From Alphaproteobacteria bacterium (GTDB taxonomy: Bacteria > Pseudomonadota > Alphaproteobacteria > UBA8366 > GCA-2717185), in contig JAPKDL010000007.1 in assembly GCA_028822585.1 (NCBI GenBank), positions 4,091-68,090 of the forward strand: 64,000 nucleotides of DNA, written 5' to 3'. Within the stretch, counting starts at the first letter, position 1. Each line of letters opens with the position of its first letter. The translations under genes were made by a program, and so were the position numbers. This document shows positions 57,234-64,000 of this stretch, piece after piece. Under the pieces are notes generated by a model. That model did not search any database, was not told where the DNA came from, and was given only the letters and a program-made list of their open reading frames with translations.

Positions 57234-57603
57234 GGGGCGATCGGGGCGACGGTGGTCCGTGTGATTGACGGGGACACGGTGCGGGTGCGCGCGTCGGTGT
57301 GGTTTGGGTTGACGGTGGAAGTGGATGTGCGATTGGCCGGGATCGATGCGCCGGAAATGCGCGGGCGGTGTACGCGGGAAAAAATTGTAGGTCGATGCGC
57401 GCGACGCGTTGCATGTGATGCTGGGGAACGGCCGGGTGGTGTTGCGCGACGTGTGCTACGGCCAATACGCGGGCCGTGTGATGGTCCGGATCGCCGCGCC
57501 GAACGGTGATGATGCGGTGGAATATTTGCGCGCGTAAGGCTTGGCGCGAGCCTATGGCGGCAACTCGGGAAAGGGTAAGCGGGCGAAATGTTGCGGGCCG
57601 TGA
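57234..57603 (+). pseudogene. Thermonuclease (SNase-like) pseudogene
   Basis: RVIDGDT..VRLAGIDAPE, frameshift near 57380-57391, then GQYAGRV...*GLARAYGG with premature TAA at 57535. Confidence 0.8.
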
Positions 57604-57644
57604 AGGCTACGCAAAGTTAAGCAATGCGTCGCCGTGCTAACCAA

Positions 57645-57683
57645 ATAAAGGGGCCGCCCTTAACAATGGGCGGCCCCTGTTTT
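57645..57683. terminator. Intrinsic terminator downstream of acs, probably bidirectional
   Basis: AGGGGCCGCCC-N8-GGGCGGCCCCT hairpin with A-rich left flank and GTTTT right flank. Confidence 0.8.
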
Positions 57684-57700
57684 CGGGACCCGAGCAGGGG

Positions 57701-59641
57701 TTAGTGGTTTTGGCGGTTGTCGATCAAATCTTCGACGACAGCGGGTTCGGCCAGCGTCGAGATGTCGCCCAGATTGCGATAGTCGTTCTCGGCAATCTTG
57801 CGCAGGATACGGCGCATGATTTTGCCGGATCGGGTTTTCGGCAATCCTGGGGCCCATTGGATATGGTCGGGTTGGGCGAAGGGGCCGATGTTGGTGCGCA
57901 CGAATTGCACCATCTCCTTGCGCAACTCCTCGGTGGGTTCGACATTGGCGTTCAAGGTGACATAGGCGTAAATGCCCTGGCCCTTGATGTCATGCGGATA
58001 ACCGACGACGGCGGCTTCGGCGACATCCTGGTGGGCCACCAGCGCGGATTCGACTTCCGCCGTGCCCATGCGGTGACCCGATACGTTGATGACGTCATCG
58101 ACGCGGCCGGTGATCCAGTAGTAGCCGTCTTCGTCCCGGCGCACGCCGTCGCCGGTGAAATATTTGCCTTTATAGGTCATGAAATAGGTCTGAATGAACC
58201 GCTCATGATCGCCATAGACCGTGCGCATCTGGCCGGGCCAGCTTTCGTTGATGCACAGATTACCTTCCGCCGGGCCGGTGAGCTCTTTGCCATCGGCGTC
58301 GACGATGGACAGTTGGACGCCAAAGAAAGGTCGTGTGGCCGAGCCGGGCTTTGTGGCCGTGGCACCGGGCAGTGGGGTGATCATGATGCCGCCGGTTTCG
58401 GTTTGCCACCAGGTGTCGACGATGGGGCAGCGACCGTCTCCGACCACGTTGTGGTACCACAGCCAGGCTTCCGGGTTGATCGGCTCGCCTACCGTGCCCA
58501 GCAGGCGCAGCGATTTGCGGCTGGTGCTTTTGACCGGGCCATCGCCGTCGCGCATCAACGCGCGGATGGCGGTGGGCGCGGTGTAAAAGATGGAGATTTC
58601 GTGCTTGTCGCAGATTTGCCAGAAGCGGCTGGTGTCGGGGTAGTTCGGGACGCCTTCGAACATCACCGTCGTGGCGCCGTTGGCGAGCGGGCCGTAGACG
58701 ATGTAGCTGTGCCCGGTGACCCAGCCGACATCGGCGGTGCACCAGTAGATTTCACCGGGTTTGTAGTCGAAGACGTATTCGTGGGTCATCGAGGCATAGA
58801 CCATGTAGCCACCGGTGGTGTGCATCACACCCTTGGGTTTGCCGGTCGACCCGGAGGTGTAGAGGATGAACATCGGGTCTTCGGCGTCCATGACTTCCGG
58901 CGGGCAGTCGGCGTCGGCGGCGTCCACCAGGTCGTGATACCAGACGTCGCGGTCGTCCTTCCAGCCGATGTTGCCGCCGGTGCGTTTCACCACCACGCAT
59001 TTTTTGATGGTGGGGCAGGACTCCAGGGCAGCGTCGGTGTTGACCTTCAACGGAATGGGTCGACCGCCGCGCAGGCCTTCATCGGCGGTGATGACGATGT
59101 TGCATTCGCAGTCCTGTATGCGCCCCGCCAAGGCGTCGGGTGAAAAGCCGCCGAAGACGACCGAATGAATGGCGCCGATGCGCGTGCACGCCAGCATGGC
59201 GACGGCGGCTTCGGGGATCATCGGCATGTAGATTGTGATGCGGTCGCCTTTCTTGGCACCGATAGATTTCAGCCCGTTGGCGAATTTGCAGACTTCGGCG
59301 TGAAGTTCGCGGTAGGTGATCTTTTTATCGTCCTTAGGATCGTCGCCTTCCCAGATGATCGCAACCTGATCGCCTTTGTCGGCCAAGTGGCGGTCGAGAC
59401 AATTGGTGGAGGCGTTCAAGGCACCGTCGTAATACCAGCGAACATGCAAATTGTCCGGGTCGTAATCGGTGTCCTTGACCTGGGTGTACGGTTTGATCCA
59501 GTCGATCCGCTTGCCGTGCTCGCCCCAAAACCCAACCGGATCCGTGACGGATTGGTCGTACATTTCTTGATAGCGGTCATTATCTACAAGCGCATCCGCT
59601 GCGACCGAAGCCGGTACGGGAAATAACTGATTGTCCGACAT
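57701..59641 (-). CDS. acs: Acetyl-CoA synthetase
   Basis: [37 protein letters not shown]; SD AAGGAAGAGG before MSDNQ. Confidence 0.98.
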   Translation of the reverse strand: MSDNQLFPVPASVAADALVDNDRYQEMYDQSVTDPVGFWGEHGKRIDWIKPYTQVKDTDYDPDNLHVRWYYDGALNASTNCLDRHLADKGDQVAIIWEGDDPKDDKKITYRELHAEVCKFANGLKSIGAKKGDRITIYMPMIPEAAVAMLACTRIGAIHSVVFGGFSPDALAGRIQDCECNIVITADEGLRGGRPIPLKVNTDAALESCPTIKKCVVVKRTGGNIGWKDDRDVWYHDLVDAADADCPPEVMDAEDPMFILYTSGSTGKPKGVMHTTGGYMVYASMTHEYVFDYKPGEIYWCTADVGWVTGHSYIVYGPLANGATTVMFEGVPNYPDTSRFWQICDKHEISIFYTAPTAIRALMRDGDGPVKSTSRKSLRLLGTVGEPINPEAWLWYHNVVGDGRCPIVDTWWQTETGGIMITPLPGATATKPGSATRPFFGVQLSIVDADGKELTGPAEGNLCINESWPGQMRTVYGDHERFIQTYFMTYKGKYFTGDGVRRDEDGYYWITGRVDDVINVSGHRMGTAEVESALVAHQDVAEAAVVGYPHDIKGQGIYAYVTLNANVEPTEELRKEMVQFVRTNIGPFAQPDHIQWAPGLPKTRSGKIMRRILRKIAENDYRNLGDISTLAEPAVVEDLIDNRQNH

Positions 59642-59676
59642 TGTTACCTCTTCCTTTTCAAATACAAGAACGCCGC

Positions 59677-60090
59677 TTACAGGGTCGTTTCCGCCATCGC
59701 CATGACGAGGTTCCATTCCGAATCCGCGACTGGACACACCGACAACCGCGACTGCTTCACCAGCGCCATGTTGTCGAGTTCCGGCACCGCTTTGATGTCC
59801 GATAGTGACACCGGCGTGTTGACTGGCTTGATCGCCTTGAAGTCCACCATGCCGAACCTGCCGCTCTCGTCCGATGGGTCGGGATAGTACAGCTTCACAA
59901 CCTCGACAATGCCGACGATCCGGCGTTCCTTGACCGAATGATAGAAGAACGCGAGATCACCGATTTGCATGGCTTTCATATTACTGCAGGCCTGGTGACT
60001 GCGGACTCCGTCCCAGGGTTCGACGCCAACCGTGATGTGATCCTCCCAGGACCACGCGCTGGGTTCGGATTTAATCAACCAGTACGCCAT
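59677..60090 (-). CDS. EVE domain protein
   Basis: [25 protein letters not shown]. Confidence 0.93.
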   Translation of the reverse strand: MAYWLIKSEPSAWSWEDHITVGVEPWDGVRSHQACSNMKAMQIGDLAFFYHSVKERRIVGIVEVVKLYYPDPSDESGRFGMVDFKAIKPVNTPVSLSDIKAVPELDNMALVKQSRLSVCPVADSEWNLVMAMAETTL

Positions 60091-60165
60091 GTTCTTGCCC
60101 GCCTATTGTGTACACCCTAAGTCTATCGCATCAGGCTAATGACCAGTGTTCGCCCGGTCAATTTT

Positions 60166-61164
60166 TTACTCCGCCCGGAACGGCCTTGATAGCAGTCCGG
60201 CGATAGTCTCGTCGATGCCGTCGCCCTTGATGACAATGTGGTTAACGGCGCCGCAAATCGGCATTTCGACGTTCAGGGATTGGGCCAGCGCCACCACTGA
60301 CTCTGCCGACGCGACGCCTTCGGCGATCGATCGACGAGACGATAAAATATCGTTGAGGGATCTACCTTCGCCCAGCGCGACGCCCAGGGAAAAATTGCGT
60401 GATTGCATGGCGTTGCAGGTCAGGGTCAAATCTCCAAGCCCCGACAAGCCCATGATTGTAGTGGGGTGCGCCCCCTTGGCGGCGCCAAGCCGGGCGATTT
60501 CAGCGACGCCTCGCGTTATGACGGCGGCGCGCGCGTTATCGCCCAACTGACGCCCCTGTATGATGCCACAGGCGATGGCAAGGACGTTCTTGACCGCGCC
60601 ACAAATTTCCGCGCCGATGGGGTCGTCGGAGACATAGGGCCGAAAGATGGGCGAGCCGATCATGATCGCCAGACGTTCCGCCAACTCGGTGTCGCGCGCC
60701 GCCAGGGTGACGGCGGTGGGTAGCCGCCGTGCGACTTCGGCGGCGAAGGTGGGGCCAGACAACACTGCGAGCGGGCTTTGTGGTACAATGTCGCCCATGA
60801 CTTCGGACATTAAGAGGTTCGCACCGCGCTCCACCCCCTTGGCGCAAATGATCAACGGTGTCTCAGGATCCAGATTGGCCGTGGCGGATAATACCACGTC
60901 ACGGGTAAATTGCGCGGGCGTCGCCAGCAGGATCGCGTCGGCACCATCGATGGCGGCAGTGATGTTGGTTGTTGCTACGATACCGGGTTCCAGTGTCACA
61001 CCTGGTAGATAATTAGGGTTGCCGTCGCCTCGATTTATGTTGGCGGCGATGGTCTCCGAGCGCGCCCACAGCGTTGTGTCGGCGCCGTTGCGGCGCGCCA
61101 CGCAGGCCAGCGCTGTGCCGAAGGCGCCCCCACCGATGACGGTGATTTTGTTCGCCTGGGTCAT
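60166..61164 (-). CDS. gpsA: NAD(P)H-dependent glycerol-3-phosphate dehydrogenase
   Basis: GGGAFGTALA, SGPTFA, KNVLAIA, GLGDL.LTC, SRN. Confidence 0.97.
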   Translation of the reverse strand: MTQANKITVIGGGAFGTALACVARRNGADTTLWARSETIAANINRGDGNPNYLPGVTLEPGIVATTNITAAIDGADAILLATPAQFTRDVVLSATANLDPETPLIICAKGVERGANLLMSEVMGDIVPQSPLAVLSGPTFAAEVARRLPTAVTLAARDTELAERLAIMIGSPIFRPYVSDDPIGAEICGAVKNVLAIACGIIQGRQLGDNARAAVITRGVAEIARLGAAKGAHPTTIMGLSGLGDLTLTCNAMQSRNFSLGVALGEGRSLNDILSSRRSIAEGVASAESVVALAQSLNVEMPICGAVNHIVIKGDGIDETIAGLLSRPFRAE

Positions 61165-61177
61165 GTAGCCCTCATTT

Positions 61178-62218
61178 TCATGCAGTGGAGTCCAAGGGCC
61201 AGCGTGGGCGTGGCGCGAAATCCAAATGATCAGTCAGCCCCAGGCGCAGGCGTTCCAGCCCGGCCCATGCGATCATGGCGGCGTTGTCGGTGCAAAGCGC
61301 TGGTGGAGGTGCGGCAAAGTGGAAGCCTTCTTCCACTGCAAGCGCCGTCAGCGCAGATCGCAAATACTGGTTCGATGCGACGCCACCTGCGGTAACGAGC
61401 GTGCGCTTCGCCCCGTCTATTCCGGCGTGGATTTCAACATGGCGCTGGATGGCGTTTCGGGTGCGGTCCACTAGCGCGCCGGCGGCGGCGTCCTGGAAGG
61501 ATGCGGCAATATCGGAAATATCCTGATGACTTAAAGGTGCCTCACCAAGGCGTTCGACAAGTCGTGCGACCGCTGTCTTCAGACCGGAAAATGAAAAGTC
61601 ACAACCGGGTCGTCCTGTCATTGGACGCGGTAATTTGAAGCGTTTTGGATCGCCGTCCACTGCGGCGGCTTCGATCGCTGGGCCGCCGGGATAGGGCAGA
61701 CCCAAAAGTTTGGCTGTCTTGTCAAAAGCCTCCCCTACCGCATCGTCAACGGTGGTTCCGAACAAGGTGTACTGTCCGGGCCCCACGACATCGAGCAATT
61801 GGCAATGGCCGCCGGACACCAGCAGAAGTAAATAAGGAAACGGCGCATCGCCGGTCAGCCGCGCCGTCAAAGCGTGACCTTCCAGATGATTGACCGCGAT
61901 CAACGGCAGGTCATGCACCAGCGCGATGGCCTTGGCGGTCATCATGCCCACCAGGACGCCGCCGATCAGGCCCGGCCCACCCGTCGCTGCAACGGCGTCT
62001 AAGTCGTTAAAACTGAGCCGAGCCTCGGCCATCGCTTGTTTCACCACGCCGTCGATATGTGACAGATGACTGCGTGCCGCAATTTCCGGCACCACGCCGC
62101 CATAGGGGCGGTGGTCGTCAATTTGGGACAACACCACGTTCGACAAAATGGCGCGGTCGTCGCGCACAATCGCGGCCGCGGTTTCATCGCAGGAAGATTC
62201 GATGCCAAGGACGATCAT
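61178..62218 (-). CDS. tsaD: tRNA N6-threonylcarbamoyladenosine synthesis protein TsaD
   Basis: [42 protein letters not shown]. Confidence 0.98.
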   Translation of the reverse strand: MIVLGIESSCDETAAAIVRDDRAILSNVVLSQIDDHRPYGGVVPEIAARSHLSHIDGVVKQAMAEARLSFNDLDAVAATGGPGLIGGVLVGMMTAKAIALVHDLPLIAVNHLEGHALTARLTGDAPFPYLLLLVSGGHCQLLDVVGPGQYTLFGTTVDDAVGEAFDKTAKLLGLPYPGGPAIEAAAVDGDPKRFKLPRPMTGRPGCDFSFSGLKTAVARLVERLGEAPLSHQDISDIAASFQDAAAGALVDRTRNAIQRHVEIHAGIDGAKRTLVTAGGVASNQYLRSALTALAVEEGFHFAAPPPALCTDNAAMIAWAGLERLRLGLTDHLDFAPRPRWPLDSTA

Positions 62219-62272
62219 CGGTGTGAGTCAGATCCATGTTGCAGATATGATTGGAGGAAGTTTAGCACGACA

Positions 62273-62611
62273 TTAGGGGTTGTTGGAATGCCCGGCGATT
62301 CGACAAGCGTCCCAATCCATTTCCCGTTTCGCCAATGTTGCGGCGCGATGTTCCTTTAACATCCTATCGACATTGAACCCACGCAAGATTAATTCCGCCT
62401 GCGCATCCGACCCTTTGTCTTTTTGTATGAAATATGTCGCGCCCGCGTATTTACGGTTTCGATCGAGGTCGGCGAGAAAACGCCGGTGCTGGCTTAAAAG
62501 CTGGTCATTAGTGAAGATAGGATAGTCCGCCTTCGCCTTAACGGCGATGACCAGGCAGAAGATAAAAAGTATTGTAATAATAACAATCGTCAGAGCCATG
62601 AGCCACGCCAA
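62273..62611 (-). CDS. Hypothetical membrane-anchored protein
   Basis: N-terminal hydrophobic helix then charged domain; co-oriented with tsaD. Start may be ATG at 62599. Confidence 0.55.
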   Translation of the reverse strand: MAWLMALTIVIITILFIFCLVIAVKAKADYPIFTNDQLLSQHRRFLADLDRNRKYAGATYFIQKDKGSDAQAELILRGFNVDRMLKEHRAATLAKREMDWDACRIAGHSNNP

Positions 62612-62720
62612 GTAATGTCGTCTTCGGGCGGGACAATTATCATGAAATTCGGTATACGTCCCGAATCAAATTAAGGCCAACTCAAAATTTGGCCAAAACA
62701 ATTTATGGCGAGTAAGCAGC

Positions 62721-63653
62721 ATGGCGCAAAATAGTATTGGTGACCCGATCCGGATTGGAACACGGGGATCGCCCCTGGCGCTAATACAGGCGAACCAAGT
62801 GCGCGATGGCCTTCTCGCCGCTCATGAGGGGTTGGAGGTGGAGATAGTCGTCATCCGCACGTCGGGGGATCGCATTCAGGATCGGCCGCTCGCTGACGTT
62901 GGCGGGAAAGGGTTGTTCACCAAGGAAATCGAAGAAGCGATGTTGGACAACCGTATTGATTTGGCGGTGCATTCTATGAAAGATGTGGAGACTTGGTTGT
63001 CAGATGGATTTGTCATCGACGCTATTCTGGAACGCGCGGACCCGCGCGACGGATTTATTGGCCGGGACGCGGCGCGTTTGGCGGATTTGCCTGCGGGCGC
63101 GGTGGTCGGCACCTCGTCGATGCGCCGTCAATCGCAAGTTCTGGCGGCGCGCCCGGATGTACGGGTGGAATCGATTCGCGGTAATGTGGAGACCCGACTC
63201 GCTAAATTGGCTGATGGTGAGTGCGACGCAACTTTGTTGGCGGTTTCCGGACTGGTTCGTTTGGGCAAGGTTGACGTATTGACCAGCATCATGGACGTGG
63301 ACGAGATGTTACCTGCGGTCGCGCAAGGGGCGGTTGGGGTTGAAATTCGCGAGTCCGATGACAGCTTGCGGCGTTTGCTGGCACCGTTGAACCATGCTGA
63401 CACGGCAGTCCGGGTTGGCGCCGAACGCGCGGTGTTGGCGGCACTGGACGGGTCGTGCCGCACGCCGATTGGCGCCTTGGCAGAATTTGATGGACCGGAT
63501 GCGTTGACCTTGACGGGGTTGGTTGCGAGTCTGGATGGCAAAACGGTTCATCGTCGGTGTGAACGCGGCGCGCGCATTGACGCAATTATGCTAGGAACTG
63601 AGCTTGGCGCGGCGTTGAAGGCTGACGCGGGTCCTAATTTGTTCACCGCTTAA
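62721..63653 (+). CDS. hemC: Hydroxymethylbilane synthase (porphobilinogen deaminase)
   Basis: IGTRGSPLA, GGKGLFTKE, AVHSMKD, GTSS.RR, RGNV.TRL, GSCRTPIG. Confidence 0.98.
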   Translation: MAQNSIGDPIRIGTRGSPLALIQANQVRDGLLAAHEGLEVEIVVIRTSGDRIQDRPLADVGGKGLFTKEIEEAMLDNRIDLAVHSMKDVETWLSDGFVIDAILERADPRDGFIGRDAARLADLPAGAVVGTSSMRRQSQVLAARPDVRVESIRGNVETRLAKLADGECDATLLAVSGLVRLGKVDVLTSIMDVDEMLPAVAQGAVGVEIRESDDSLRRLLAPLNHADTAVRVGAERAVLAALDGSCRTPIGALAEFDGPDALTLTGLVASLDGKTVHRRCERGARIDAIMLGTELGAALKADAGPNLFTA

Positions 63654-63682
63654 GGATCTGTTCGAGTCGGGAGGGTGTAACT

Positions 63683-64000
63683 ATACGAATCTTACTGACG
63701 CGCCCGGCGGCGGATTCAGCTGCGCTGGCAGAAATCTTAAAGGCGCGTGGTGTCGCGGTTCTGATTGATCCCATGCTGACAATTTCGTTTGTCGAGCACC
63801 CCGTCATGGAACTGCACGGCGTTCAAGGTGTGCTTTTTACCTCCGCGAACGGTGTTCGCGCCTATGCGGTGGCCACCGATACGCGTGCCTTGCCGGTCTT
63901 CGCGGTGGGCGACCGGACAGCGGATGCGGCGCGAGCCAGTGGGTTTGAGCTGGTTCACAGCGCCAAGGGCGATATGAATAGTTTAGCGGCGCTTGTGCGG
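63683..64000 (+). CDS. hemD: Uroporphyrinogen-III synthase, 3'-truncated by window edge; apparent ATA start
   Basis: (I/M)RILLTRP..., LFTSANGV, FAVGDRTA; follows hemC; SD GGGAGGG 7 nt upstream. Confidence 0.9.
   Translation, partial: MRILLTRPAADSAALAEILKARGVAVLIDPMLTISFVEHPVMELHGVQGVLFTSANGVRAYAVATDTRALPVFAVGDRTADAARASGFELVHSAKGDMNSLAALVR

Noticed and set aside
57704-59143. 479 aa ORF antisense to acs
   Set aside because: Exact antisense shadow of a strongly codon-biased gene; no recognisable motifs.
1-64000. CRISPR arrays, rRNA, prophage genes, intact integrases or transposases, known anti-phage systems
   Set aside because: No regularly spaced repeats or matching protein motifs seen. The cNMP-binding and MBL genes lack an adjacent intact cyclase or CD-NTase and effector layout, so Pycsar/CBASS is not supported.

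Overview
A GC-rich chromosomal window from an alphaproteobacterium, probably Rhodospirillales-like (inferred from gene content and order). The housekeeping backbone includes xth, lolA, ftsK, a UbiH-family hydroxylase, cnoX/trx, tRNA-Gly, coaBC-dut-rrf2-cysK-moeB, rpe, rsmB, acs, gpsA, tsaD and hemC-hemD. Four non-routine regions stand out. (1) The 3' part of an operon encoding a Zn-dehydrogenase, an atypical pterin synthase (PTPS), a glycosyltransferase and a methyltransferase. (2) An ~18 kb block that is the best candidate for an undescribed system. It holds four glycosyltransferases, a histidine phosphatase, a deacetylase and a peptide-type ABC importer. Divergent from these are an ABC exporter with a degenerate, internally expanded ATPase domain, a stand-alone cyclic-nucleotide-binding protein and a methyltransferase. 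An MBL hydrolase and a possible cyclase relic flank it. (3) A 4.3 kb integrase-less islet at tRNA-Gly, bounded by a 33 bp repeat, containing a half tRNA-Thr, a LexA-like box, a twice-occurring bipartite motif and an IS scar. (4) A decaying accessory zone (52-57.6 kb) with a CmcJ/NvfI-type oxygenase and four pseudogenes that the ORF track misses or misframes. hemD appears to start at ATA. All assignments come from motif recognition by eye; no database searches were run.
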